Shown piece after piece: positions 25,428 to 37,632 of a DNA stretch of 64,000 nucleotides (within the stretch, counting starts at the first letter, position 1; every line of letters starts with the position of its first letter). Origin of the DNA: Phyllosticta citribraziliensis (taxonomy: Eukaryota). Below the pieces are notes generated by a model. It made no database searches. It was not told the origin of the DNA and saw nothing but the letters and a program-made list of their open reading frames with translations. Made by a program: the position numbers and the translations under genes. Where the stretch lies: positions 1,922,001-1,986,000 of the forward strand of contig NW_027117338.1 in assembly GCF_038025025.1 (NCBI RefSeq), read 5' to 3'.

Positions 25428-26423
25428 TTAATCCTGTAGCATCCTTCCCTCGGGCGCCATGATCGGCATCAGTATCTGAACCATTTGCTCATACACGGTA
25501 AACAGAATGCCACCAGCCATGATGGTCCGGCCCAGACGCATGACGGTGCCCTTCCAAAAGCCCCTGACGCCATGGTCGGCCAGGATGCTCGCAAACGCCT
25601 CGACGGTGGTGGCGCCGCGCGCGCTCTGGCTGCGCGTCTTGAGCGTGTCGAACGGCTGCGTCGCGTACGTCGTGACGACGCCGGCGACCATGCCGTTGGC
25701 AAAGTTGGTCGCCACGCCCTGCTCGATGTGCCGGGTGCGCTCAAAGTCCTTGAGGATGTTGTACGTGCCCATGCGGAACGCCGTGGCGCTGGCCTGCTTG
25801 AGCGTCGTCCCGACGAAGCCGCGGTACAGGCCGCCGACGAGGCCGTCCTCGGCCACGACGCTCCGCACGCAGTGCAGCGTGCTCGTGAAGCGGCGCGCGC
25901 GCCGTGCGTCGTCGATGAGCGCCGTCTTGATGCGCTCCGTCGGCGTCACGGCGCACACGGACGCCACGACGCCCGCGCTCATGCCCGCAGCCATGTTGCG
26001 CAGCGGCGTCAGCGTTCCCGTCTCCTTGTCCTTGTACGCGTTCTTGATGGCGTCGAACGACACGAAGCGCACCCCGTCCTTGGCGATGGACCCAACCACC
26101 AGGCTGCCGCAGCCTTTGTACAGAGCGCGCGCGCCCTCGTGCCGCACCACGTCGCGCACGACGGCAAAGGGGTTGGGCGCTCGTTGCCGTTTTGCTGCTG
26201 CCGCCGACTGCGATGGCTTGGATGTGCTGCTGGAACTGTTGGTGATGCTGGCCCGAGAAGCAGTCGAAGATGCTGTAGACGTGGCTTCGTCGTTTCGCAG
26301 CTGCACGCGCGTCTTTGCGAATTCAAACGGGTACGTCGTTGCGGCTTCGACGGCGCCCGCGATGCCGCCCGCCGCGAGCGAGACACCGGTGGGGATGTTG
26401 TTGTGGTTGGCGGCGACGACCAT
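25428..26423 (-). CDS. Mitochondrial carrier family protein, tricarboxylate/citrate transporter-like
   Basis: Three PX[DE]XX[KR] signatures (YPFEFAKTR, TPTERIKT, QPFDTLKTR). K..VRF, KQ and R-LGR contact residues resemble CTP1-type carriers. Intronless. Confidence 0.9.
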   Translation of the reverse strand: MVVAANHNNIPTGVSLAAGGIAGAVEAATTYPFEFAKTRVQLRNDEATSTASSTASRASITNSSSSTSKPSQSAAAAKRQRAPNPFAVVRDVVRHEGARALYKGCGSLVVGSIAKDGVRFVSFDAIKNAYKDKETGTLTPLRNMAAGMSAGVVASVCAVTPTERIKTALIDDARRARRFTSTLHCVRSVVAEDGLVGGLYRGFVGTTLKQASATAFRMGTYNILKDFERTRHIEQGVATNFANGMVAGVVTTYATQPFDTLKTRSQSARGATTVEAFASILADHGVRGFWKGTVMRLGRTIMAGGILFTVYEQMVQILMPIMAPEGRMLQD

Positions 26424-26986
26424 CGCGGGCAAGCTGCACGAAGAAGAGAACGAAACGTAGACGCAAGGGAAAACGTGAATTGAACGAGTGGAGGGGTTGG
26501 GGAAGGAAGAGTGGAAGAGCGAGAGACTGAGGTCAACACGATTGCGGGGCTGTCCCTTGACAGCGCTAGATGGTCGTAGCCGAGGGTGACGCAAGACGCG
26601 GATTAAGGTTATCGGGAAGATAAGGTAGGGCTGAACGAAAGCAACACCCGCGAGAGACCCACTTGCCTTTTTGAGAACATGCGGTTGGCACTATACCAGT
26701 GGTGGGCACTTTGGTAGGCCCACCTATTCTGGTACACAAAGTCAGGCAAGTGAAGCTCCTCGATTCGTCGCTACCATCTGAGCAGATCCACTCTATCCAG
26801 CCTTTGAATGTGTCCCAGGCAAAGTCCTGCGCCTGTTCCGTCTACAAACCAGCCCTACAAAATTGGAAGAAAGCGAAATGGATACCACACAACAGCCTTG
26901 GGTCAATCTTTGGAAAATTAGTCTTTGTATTTGGCAAATGCTCATGTTGGAAACGTACGGTGCAAGTGTCACCGCGCACCAAGACC

Positions 26987-29390
26987 TCAAGACTCCCAAC
27001 TCCATGACAATCCCGAGTGGAATGTGGGTACGTCACACATTGACAACGTATTCCACACAATGTTTTGATTCTGGATTGGATCGAGCTCTTGCTGGAACAT
27101 CTCACTGTCGGTAGAGTCAGTCCGAGGCGTTTGCACCACGGTTCGAAAAGTTGACTTACTCTAGAAAGGATACCCCCTCATCGGAGCCAGGATTCGACAA
27201 TGCCGCCCCGCTCGATGTAGCTCTCGTGCTCGGCATCTTCGACGAGGAAGCATTCGACGTTTGCGGCCGCCCCAGGGCGACCAGGTAGCCGTCCGGGCGC
27301 TGGACGAGTCCGACGTGCCGGGCGATACGCAGCAAGCGCTCAAGGCATTGCGCGGGCCACTCGACATGCTTGAGCAGATCCCACAGCTCGAGGCAGCGGC
27401 GGAAGCGATCAACGTAGACGTCGCTTCTGCGGAAGTGGTAGAGCAGGAGAACGACGAGCGAGACGAGGAGCAGCACGTCTGTATCTAGGTTCATTATGTC
27501 GGACAAGATGGAGTTCTTGCCCATCGAGTCCAGGATCCCAAGGCAGGCCATGGTCGACTCCTCGCAGCACGAGCTCATCTCGTCGAAGAAGCCGACCTTC
27601 TCGGGCGGTATGTCGGCCGCGTGCAGCAGCTGATAGAGCAGGAAACGCCGCGAAATCGATATCTTGGTGACCCAGTACCGCGTGTGGAGTAGAGAAATGG
27701 CCCGTCTGTGGATGGCTGGCGATGGGGCGTTGTACTGCAGGTGGAGAGGGAGCTCCGCTTTCCAATTCTCTATTGCAGCGAGGAGCTCCTCGATGTTCTC
27801 CTTCTCGGTCGCTTGTTTTGCAGTTGGTCCGCTAGACACAAACATTTTGTTGTGAACTCTTCCGAGTACGAGCTCAAGTGAGGCAGCATGCTGTGGAAAT
27901 TCCGCGGGTGTGTACGGCCCATGGGGCATCAACTGGACTTGTCAGCTACAGGGCGCGCATCACAAGAGCAAATGTCAGGGGAAACAGGGAGCATCCGCGC
28001 GAGACTGTGAAGGCAGGGACAGGTGCTTTCCAGCTTCTCTAGACTCACTAGTCGGCGGCGATCCTGATTCGTCAAGGCACAAAAACGGGAACAAAAAAAC
28101 AAAGGGTCGAACAACAGTTTGACTTACATTGTCATCAGCCAAGGACATGTCGTAGCGCGCCTCCTCGATGGCAGATGGTGCGCCATACTTTCTCGAAATG
28201 TACTTTTCGGCGTAGTACGTTGTCCACCAAAGTCGACGTCGCTCCATTTGCTCATAGATATCATCCTTGATTGCTGTGAATCCTTTGATGTGCAAGCCCA
28301 GATTGAAGCACAGGCGCGCGGCGACGCTGACCAGTTGGTACGACGCGGTCATAGTTCGTTGCCTCTGAAGAGCAAGGGCCTATCGAGCAGTCAGATCCAT
28401 TCACGGCTACGAGGAGTCTGTCAGGCTTAATCACCAGCGTCACGACTCCCCTGATCCCGTCCAAGTCTGGATGGTGCAGAATGATTGGCAAAAAGGCCAT
28501 GGCGAGATTGTAGTATTCGGCCGACGTCAGAGGAAAGTTGTCCGTCTGAGTGCGTTCCGAAGGTGCAAATAGTGAGAGCATTGCATAGAGGAAACAAAAC
28601 CATGCTGGATTGAGCTGGGCCGGTGCCATGTACGACAGCTCGACGCGCTTGCAAAATTCATCTTCGGGAATGAACCAACACACGCATTGTACCTCGGTGA
28701 AGAACTTTTGAGCAGACGATGTCAACACAGCTCGTGAGGGCAAGTGTGTGACGCTGAGCGATGGACGGCCGGGAACCGGCGGGGCTAGAGATGGATGTTC
28801 GAAACAGTTTGAAGAGCCCGTCAATTGGTCGAAGTGGATTGCGCCGCTGGCTACGGGCTCCGCTGCCAAGCAAATGGCCACAGCCAGGTTGAATCCCGTC
28901 TCGCTGTGGGGAGCGCAGTATTCTGTTGCATGATCAGCAGAATGCACGAGTGGCCATGGATGTATTTTCATGTACTGTATGAGCCGGAGTCGTCGACGAG
29001 CACGTTCGCGTAGTCCCCATCGAGGACGTCCATCTCTGGCGCGAGGTCCACCCGGTGTGGTGGATCCGGAGCGGATTCCTGTGGCTTGGCCAGGCGTTGC
29101 GAGGCTCTCCCCGTCGTGCTGGATTGCTCCGGCAAGAGTTCCTGCTTCTTGTTCCGCAACCATTGGAGGTCGAGCTTTACCTCGGGCTCATGGTGACGCA
29201 ATAGCTCAACAATGAGCTCGAACTGCTCTTGAGAGACCTGGTAGTAAGGCCTTGCGCGTGCCTCTCTTGACACCTTGCATTCTTGTCCCGCGCGGCTGCA
29301 GGCGACACATGGGCCAGGAACTGGATCTTGGCACTTGACCTTGCGTCTCTGGCAGCGGTCACAGCTGATAGATGTACGTTTCCGCTGCAT
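26987..29390 (-). CDS. Zn(II)2Cys6 transcription factor with fungal-specific TF middle domain
   Basis: N-terminal CDRCQRRKVKCQDPVPGPCVACSRAGQEC, and AARLCFNLGLH...ERRRLWWTTY..EK middle-homology region. About 4 introns. The last exon follows a GTAAGT donor near 27159 and ends ...WSWES* at 26987. Confidence 0.88.
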
Positions 29391-31852
29391 TGGGAGTACC
29401 GAAACGATGGGCTGCCCCCAAACCCGATGGACGTTGGATTAGAATGGACGTGAGCGTGATTCTTCCCATCTTGGCAAAAGCTAGCGAAGAAGGTTTGCAC
29501 AAATAGAGTTTGAATCACCGATAAGCGAAGCGCTTCCGACGTTCCTTTGCACAAGCGGATGGCCGGGGAAGTTGGTTTAGGTCACTGTCAAGTAGCGGTT
29601 TGTAGACCCAAGTCGGATAACATCATCAATGCTCCATTCTTGGCCACGACGGACTGGACTGAACTCACCGAAGTAGGCGCTGTTTTGAAGCCTCTTTACC
29701 ATTCAAGTTCTGCTTACATCGGGACGACGGCTCTGGCCGAATGAAGAGCACATCTGCATGTCAAGGGCATCTTTGTTAAACAGACTCGTGTTGACCGCCG
29801 GCGCCGTTCAATTGTCTCAGAGTGGGTTGACAAAAGGGTCTCATACATCATCCTGACAGGCCGTCCAGTTCCAGATCAGAATTCATTCAGTATACGCAAT
29901 GGCACATCGTGGTATAGCGAGCGGTCTGGGTTAAAACCTGAATGAACTATACCTAGGCGAGACAAACCTAACAGAATAAGTCAGCAAATCTTCAATGGTA
30001 GACCACAACTAATCCGGGCAGCTTCGGACAAATCCGAGGTGGAAAGGCGGGAGGCGTTGTGCCGTTCAGTAATAGGCAGTCATAGACGAGTCGGCCTCTT
30101 GTGCGTCCTTGAAGCCGCCGGGCCTTGGGACCCATGTCGATCATACTTCCTGTTTAGGACGACACGGGAATTTGAAGTCGGGGTAGATTGAAGGTTCATG
30201 ACGTAGCATCCCTACAGCATGATAGCGCTCTCCGATCGTGTTCTGTACGCGGAATCCACAGAAAAGTTCTGAAGATGTTGTCAGTGGCTCTTGACGTCTC
30301 AGCAGATGGACGTGATCCAAAGGCAGTAGTGGCAGTGAATCGCGCCGGTGTATAATCCATTGGCCAGCATTGAATGTTCGAAATGGGGCTCTGTCAGTAT
30401 GCAAAGCTTTTGCTTGGCAGGTCAATCCCTGGGTCTTGAGGCGTTCCAAAGCCGTTGTGCCATGCCGCAAAATGTACGCTACCTCATTACGGTACCATGT
30501 AAGTCCGCTCATGAAGCTTGTCGCCATGCCATTAAGAGGAGCAGCTATGTACAGCGACGGGAAAAAATCCTCATTTGAGCCTTTTCGGTCGGATAGATCC
30601 GAGGATTGCTCTTCTGAGCGGGTAGGTCCAGTCCTCGGCCTATTGCGATAGGGTTACAGGGGCCTGAATGAGGGCGGCAACAGTAGATAGCCGGTTTCAA
30701 ACTAAATGGCTAGCGGTGCGTACGCCATGCGATTTTCAGATGCCGACTTTCCCGGCCAACCTCCTCGTCGGGAGATGGTGAGCTTCTTCCAGCAAAGTCG
30801 TGGTGCTCGATAGTAGTTGCCGTAAGTAGTATTGTTCGTATTGGTTGTCTCGAGTTGCGGACTCCAGACAGAGGCTCCAAAGAATACGTGGCGAGAAGAG
30901 GCGGATGGTGCTTAAGGAAGAGAGAGGACGTGGACAGGTTCAGCAGTCGCAGCCAACCCGCCGAAGGCATAAGTTAGCATCCGACAGACAGGGATGCAGC
31001 ATCCGATGGAGCAAACAGAATTCGGAACACAAATACCTCAACTGCATCTCCGGCTCTAGCAGGAAGAAGGCCACCAAGAATCAGTCGGCAAAACCAGATG
31101 GCCAGTCGGGAAGATTCCTGTACCAAGACATGATGAGCAAGATGGCGCCATCGCAGAACGCGAAAGAGCAATCACGACGACAGTACCCAGCAAATGCGTG
31201 TCACCCGGTTTCCTCTGCAGCAAGTGGACGATCGAAGACCGCCTGGCCCTCAGAACATGTTTGACAAACTGCCCAAACGGCGAGACAGATACAGCACATG
31301 TTCTATGTCGTTCCATTCCCTCCAACAGACAGACACCATGTCAATGAGCCAGTGGAAAGATGAAAAAGTCCGCTTAAACCGAGTTGGATTTGTTTTGATA
31401 TGTCAATGCATTGATCAATCCAGAAGAATTCCGACCCCAAACAGTTGCATTCCGTCTTTCCACTTGATGGCAGAACATCGAAAACCCACGGATGAGTACG
31501 GTTAGATCGAGAGCCGCCGCCAATTGTAAGCGCCAGAGAGATTTTTGTAAGACCTTGGCCACCTCGTATCAACTGCAGCTTTTTTTGTTCTTTTTGTTTT
31601 CTTTTTCAGTCTGTCATCCGACCCCTTCCATCGTGCTTGGGCAGCAAAAGCAGAGGTACTTTTTGTGCAGCTAGGCGAGTCAACTGCGACGAACCAGTGA
31701 TGGATGTTTCAAAGTTCGTTTGCTCCCTCCGAGAAGTTCGATGTTTGACGCAAGCGGAAAGTGTAAACGTGACATGTTGAGCGCAGGCGATGGAAAGAGA
31801 TTAGACTGCAATCGTTGATGGCTGTGAAGTGGTTGATCTGGAAGCGGCCTGT

Positions 31853-32844
31853 TTACGACCGGTTCCTTGCGCTACGCCTGGGCTCACCCGTCTCGGTAGC
31901 GGCCTTCTTGGGCTCACGCTTCTTCTTTGGCTGCGAATCGGCCTTCTTGGGCCTGCCAGGCCTGCCACGGCCCTTCTTCGCACCCCCGTTCTCGCCATTG
32001 GCAGCGGCTTTAGTAGTCTTCTGCTTCTTTGCTGTTGGTTCGGCGTCGTCTTGCTTGTCCTCAGACTTGCTGGTCTCTTCCTCCTTGTCGCCATTGGTCT
32101 CTTCGGCCTTTCTCTTTTCGCCAGTCTTTGCGTTTCCATTTTCCTTGGCTTCGGTCTTTTCTGCAGACTTGGCGTCGGCTGTCGGCGCGTCCTTCTTTTC
32201 TTCCTCCTTGGACGCGTCGTCCTCGTCCGCCTCGGGCGCGCCGTTCTCTTCGGCCTTTTTCTCGGGTTCCGTGTCCTTCTTCTCGGGCTCGGCGTCCTTG
32301 TTTGCAGCCTCAGGCTCATCCTCCTTTTCCTCGTCGGCCTTGTCGGCCTTCTTGTCCTCATCCGCGGGCTTTGCTTCACCGCCGTCCTTCTTCTCGTCCT
32401 GCGCCTTGTCATCGGCGGTGCCATTGGCCTTCTCCTCCACCTCTAGCTCGCTCGCTTTCTTGACGACGTCATTGCCGGAGCGCTCAACGTGCACGGCCGG
32501 GTTGTCCGGCTCCGCTTGCTTCGAAATGGTGTTGCCGCGGTGCGTGTCGACCGTGACCTCACCCTCTTTGGCAACCTCGGCGACGGTACCCGAGGGCTTG
32601 TTGTCGCCCCATTTCCATGCGACTGTACACAGAAGGTGCGGCCGTTAGCAGGGGTGTCCGTGGTGTTGAGTCCGGTGACGCGCATACGTCATGGTGCGAG
32701 CGCGGTGGAGTGCGGGACGGCGGACGGGGAGGGGAGCGGGGTGGGCAGCGAAGCCTGCGAGCTGGGCGCGGCTAGTTGCGCAACCATTGACGGATCAGAC
32801 GTACCTTGGTCGCCCTTTTGGATGTCCTGTTGATCGGCCGACAT
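31853..32844 (-). CDS. Hva1-type Tudor-like (DUF2945) protein with acidic/Lys-rich linker and C-terminal AT-hook
   Basis: Exon 1 MSADQQDIQKGDQ, intron 32623-32804, then VAWKWGDNKPSGTVAEV...NPAVHVERSGNDVVKKASEL. The tail contains KKGRGRPGRPKK. Confidence 0.8.
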
Positions 32845-33577
32845 GATGGATGAGATGGAGCGCGCGCGGGGTCAGAGGGATTGGGGCGGAGAGGCGCAAT
32901 GGCAATTGACAGGCGAGATGGAGCGCGTTGCGAAAGCGACAGTGCGCGATGAAGAGGCAAGATATGCGCTGGTGTAGGTGGACGTTGGTGGAGGTTGGGT
33001 AGGGTAGAAGTGCGAGTGTAAAGGATCGAGAGCTGAGAGCTGGCTGCGGAAAGACGGGGAAGGTCTACCTCTGGCTGCAGCAGAGAAGCTTGGGCGATCG
33101 GCGGCGCGTGCTTGTGTCCATGCTGATTCGCTCGACCGGCACCGGCGTCGTCACCACACGTGATGCTTCGGTTCTCCTCTTCCAGGCCACTTCACCTCAT
33201 TCTGCGTCAGCCTCCCTGGATGACAGCATGCCCTTTTGCGGCAGCCTCTCTCACGCTTCAGATTGGCGCTGATGGGCCGGGACCATCCAACTCACTTAGT
33301 CACCAAAGTCCCTTTGAGCGATATAGACTGCCCAAAACTCAACTACCCAATGCCCAATCCAGAGGCAGCAAGGTGAGACTCGAGGCTGATCTTCACGCCG
33401 ACCAAACTCCCCATCTTTGTCATGTACCGATGAAGCAACAAACATGGAGTATCGGCGCTACGCTACGCTCCGCTGGTACGCTTCGATGACGTCAGTGTTT
33501 ACCGTTTCTTGTTTCCAGCAACTTCGGGCTGGTTGTTTGACAAGACAACGAAACACTCCACCAAGTCCTGCAGGCCA

Positions 33578-34976
33578 TCAGCTTCCGCCCACCAGCCTCC
33601 GAAGCATCAGCACCTCATGCTTCGTGACATACACCGCGCCTCCCTCCAACCCACCTCCTTCTCCAATCGCTCCAAAGTTTTCCCCTTCCAACTCATCAAT
33701 CAAACACCTCACCTTGGCACCTTCCCACGATCCCTCGTCGTTGGTCCAAAACACCCTCTTGATGCCGACGTTGTGCATAAACGACAGGCACCTGTAGCAA
33801 GGGCGTGAGGCGCGAATTGTGCAATTCGGGTGCGAACGATCATCTGCAAGGTCGTTGCTCCGAGCAAGACGCGGAGGAGCCTTCAGCAGCGTTGTGAGTT
33901 CGTCATGGAGGGAGCCGGTTGACACTACGCTCGAATGCGACTTTGAAGAGTCAGATGCGACTCCATCCTCGTTCGAAATTACGTCTGAACAATTGCCCTG
34001 TTTTTGAGAGCTCTCACGACTCCGCCTCGGGATGCCTTCTCCAGAGTGGCCCAGCCGAGTGACATACAAGTCAGCACCCACAAGCTTCGGATGCTTCATA
34101 CGGTCCTTGAGGCTGTGGGTATCATGTCCGGATTGCCCTTTTGGCAGAAGGACATAGTGGTTCTTGGGCGTCTCCTCGCTGGCCAACGACTGACGCTTGG
34201 CTTTTGGCTTGCGTGCATTTGTGGTCCATGAAGCGGACGTATGGTGCTGCTTAACCGCAGGCTGATACGAACGACCCAGCTTCTGACCATGACCAGGGTT
34301 CTCGTTCTGGTTCTCGTTCTCGTTCTCGTTCTTCAAATGGTTCGTTGCACCCTTGGACGCTGAGCAGGGAGCGTTCAGGCATGAGCTGTCCAAATGGAGA
34401 GGCTTCAAAACGCCACTCGTTCGCTTGGGCCTGGCCAGCGCCTTGTTGTTGTTGCTGTTGTTGTTGGTGCTGCTCTTGTTGAACCGCAAGCAGGTCCTTG
34501 CAGACGCGCTCAACGTGGGCCTTGACAGCGCTCTGTCGTAGTCGGGATTTGCGTTTGGAAGAACCCGATAGTTTGAAGCACGGTTTTTGGTGGGACACGG
34601 TGCTGGCGGCCAGGGTGCTGGACGACGAGAGGGCGGAGTGAATGGCCATCATCTCCGAGTGCATGGACATTGGAGTGTTGGCGTGATGACCGCCGCCCAT
34701 GCCGCTGACGGTTTCAAACGGGGTAAAGGACTCGGGCGACTTTTTCTTGTCCTTGTGCTTGGACTTTCGCTTCAGGTTGGCAATGGCTGGTCCATCGAGA
34801 GAGACAGAGGCAAGGCGGCCCGTCTTCAGGGCGCCACCGTCGTATCCCGGACGGTAGTCGTTGAAGCCCTGGCCGATGACTTTGCCGCCGCGCACGATGA
34901 TGCAGCCGTGGCGAAAATGCATGGGCGAGAGAGCAGCCTGCTGGAGGCAGAGATTCAGGTAATGATCAGACTTCAT
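33578..34976 (-). CDS. CMP/dCMP-type zinc-dependent deaminase-like protein split over two overlapping frames
   Basis: ORF1 (34976-34251) has FRHGCIIVRGGKVIGQGFN and SMHSEMMAI. ORF2 (+1 frame, to 33578) has GADLYVTRL, SRPCYRCLSFM and GIKRVFWT. Together they make one complete deaminase fold. Confidence 0.8.
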
Positions 34977-35715
34977 GTTGGCGCAGTATTGTAGCTGGGT
35001 CGACTTTGACAATGTCTGGTTTGCTGAGAGGTAATCGGAATGGAGCGTGCGATGACTGGCAGTGGTCGCGGAGCGCTGTCTGTGATGCGGAGAGGGTGGC
35101 ACCGGGCACGGGAGCGCGCGCAGGACCGACAGCCGACGACAAGCTGGACTTGACGCGACCTGCCCTGGCCCGACGGGTGTTTCCTTGCCAGGATGCCCCG
35201 CAAACAGCATGCTCATGTCGCGTTTCTGCATTGCATCACATCAAAACGCTATTTGTCCAATTTTGACTGCATGCCGAGTCAAAAGACTCCCAATGTCGCC
35301 TCTCCAATACGGCCGATGCACCGGCGACTGGCTGAGGTTCGTTGCGGTTAGATCCAGGTGAAACGGCGCCCCGTGAAGCCTCCCTTTCATCATGGCAAGC
35401 AAGCCTTTTCGTTCGCGCAATGCGTCGACATGTTCTGGCCCCCAGCGAGCAGCATTTCCTCAAGCTCTAGAAATGAGCCTTGGTCCCAACCACGTGCCTT
35501 TAAACCCAATATAGCCGGCCCGGGCGGTCCTCTCGGTCCAACGCTTTTCACTTCATTTCATCCCTTTCTCCTGGCTCCCCCGCTCCCTTTCCCTCTCCCT
35601 TCACCACCGCCGCCGCTCGAGAGACGGAAGAAACCCACTGTCGCGCCGTCTGGTACCGTGGCGCAACCAAGGCCTTCCGAGTCCCTCTCCCCCCCGTCCG
35701 GCGCGTCAACCTTCC

Positions 35716-36786
35716 ATGCCATCCATCACCCCGCATATGGCACTGCGCCGAAACAACACTGATCAGCCCATCTCGGAGAGCCGCTTTCGCGAGGAGCTGG
35801 ACGAGACCCCGGACAGCTCGCTATCGTTCGAAAAACACCAACCCCCCGCCCAGCAGCGAGCACGCCGCTACTCGCTGCCATCCGACGGACAGCCCACGCC
35901 CGAAGAAGGAGCAGGAGGGTCGCCGCCGTCGCTCGAAAAGGCCGCGGGCCGCGTCAAGAAGCTGGCGCTGCGAGCCGGCTTCAACAGCGCCGAGGCCAGC
36001 CAGTCCGCACCGCCCAGTCCCGGCGCGGGCAGCAGGTCCCCTCAACCACCACTCAGGAAACCCAAGAACCCAGGCATCATCGTGGCTTCTCCCGGCGAGG
36101 ACCAAAAGCCCGAGCTGGCCCCGATCCACGAGCGCGATCGGGGCGCTCCGCCGCCGGCTCTCGACCCCATGACGGGCAATTTCAAGAGGCCAATGACCAG
36201 TCTGCTCCCGGACGCGTCGACCTGGGTCAATCCCGACCGCGACGGCTCCAACGGGCACCCGCCGCGGCCAGCGACCGCGCTGTTCAGCGGGCCCGGGGGT
36301 GCAGGTTTCGGTGGGGGGCTTGAACGAGGAGGAGGGCGGCCGCAGGGAAGCGTGCGCCAGCAGGCCGTCAACATCCTGATGCGCGACTACTCGGACCTGA
36401 TGGTGGAGAGCAAGCTGCGGCTGCTGAGCGCGCTCGAGACGGAAGAAAAGTGCGAAATCCTCGTCGCCACGCGTGGCGAGTGGCGCCGCATCTACCTGCA
36501 CAGCCTGATCGTCGAGCAAGCCATGAGCGAAAAGGACGTCGTCATCCAGTCGGCCGTGCGCGGCTTGAAGAAAGGTCCAGATAAGGGAAAAAGCACTTAG
36601 ATCCCCAGGCCGGCTTTGCTAACCTTTGGTCTTTTTTGGTTCCGGCTTGCAGCGGGCTTTTTTCAGGTTTCTTCTTCTTCGCCCGTGGACGCGCCTCCGC
36701 CGCCCAGCCAGTCGCAGCAGCAGCAGCAACCTCCCCATACCCAATCGCATTCTCAGAACCAGTCGCAGCAGTCTCGGCCTCAGTAG
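35716..36786 (+). CDS. Hypothetical protein with a disordered N-half, a helical C-terminal region and a Gln-rich tail
   Basis: 294-codon GC3-rich ORF. A probable intron at about 36575-36652 (weak GTCCAG donor, GCTAAC branch, CAG acceptor) adds an in-frame exon AGFFQV...QQQQQ...RPQ* ending at 36786. Confidence 0.6.
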
Positions 36787-37632
36787 CTCAGGAGAATTTC
36801 GCGTCGTAGAAGCTCGGCGACCGGTGCTGGCAGCGGTCTTTTGGGACGCGCTCGACCTTCCTTCTCGATTCAGTACTTGCTCTTCGTTTGCAGCGGTGGC
36901 ACAGTCTGTCATTTTGCTTGCCAGCCAGGCACATGTGGCCTTGTTTTTGCACCTTCTATTATTACTCTAGTTCTCGTTGTAAGTCCCTGTCCGGTCGACC
37001 AAGGACTATGACGACGCAGCCAAGAGGTTCTGATTGTTGAAATTCTGGCGCAGTATTGCACATAAACCATTTAGATTCACGGCAGGGGCCTACAACCCGC
37101 CGGCAGGCATCACTTGTTTTACATATCAAAAGGCCAACACAAACAGGCCACACTCAACATCCAACAAATATCATTTGCATTTCAACAACATGTTCCGCTT
37201 TCTCCTGGCAGAGATATCGCTAATGTACAGTATAGAAAGAAAAGCCTCATTGCTCACACAACGCATTTCCTTCCCAAACGCGCCATGCAGAGTACTTTCA
37301 GGTGTACCGGGGGTATCATTGTTCCCAAAAACAATTCAAAAATAAAACGCCTCGTTGCTCACACGGCTGGCCGTTGAGTTGACGGCCAGCCATGCAGAGT
37401 CCGCCTCAAAACATGCCTCATTGCTCACACGGCGGGGCGGTGCCGTGCAGAGTACAAAGGAAAAAACTGGTCTACCCGGGGTATCATTTTTCTTTCTTTG
37501 GTCGTTCGATTTCGTGTCGTTTCGTGGCCTCGTTGCTCACGCGACGTCCTTCCCCTTTACAAGAGAAGGACGCCACGCAGAGTCCGAAAAGTTGCGATCA
37601 CTCGCCAGAAAAAAAGCAATGGAAGAGAGGGA

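Noticed and set aside
25485..26483. Long plus-strand ORFs (332 and 317 aa) antisense to the mitochondrial carrier
   Set aside because: Expected shadow ORFs of a gene with very high GC3. No recognisable motifs.
27935..28125. Internal TAG/GTGAGT in the long TF intron suggesting a stwintron or recursive splice
   Set aside because: The base before the outer GTAAGT is T, so removing an inner intron would not rebuild a donor.
31815..32648. 277-aa Ser/Phe-rich plus-strand ORF
   Set aside because: Antisense mirror of the Glu/Lys-rich minus-strand gene.
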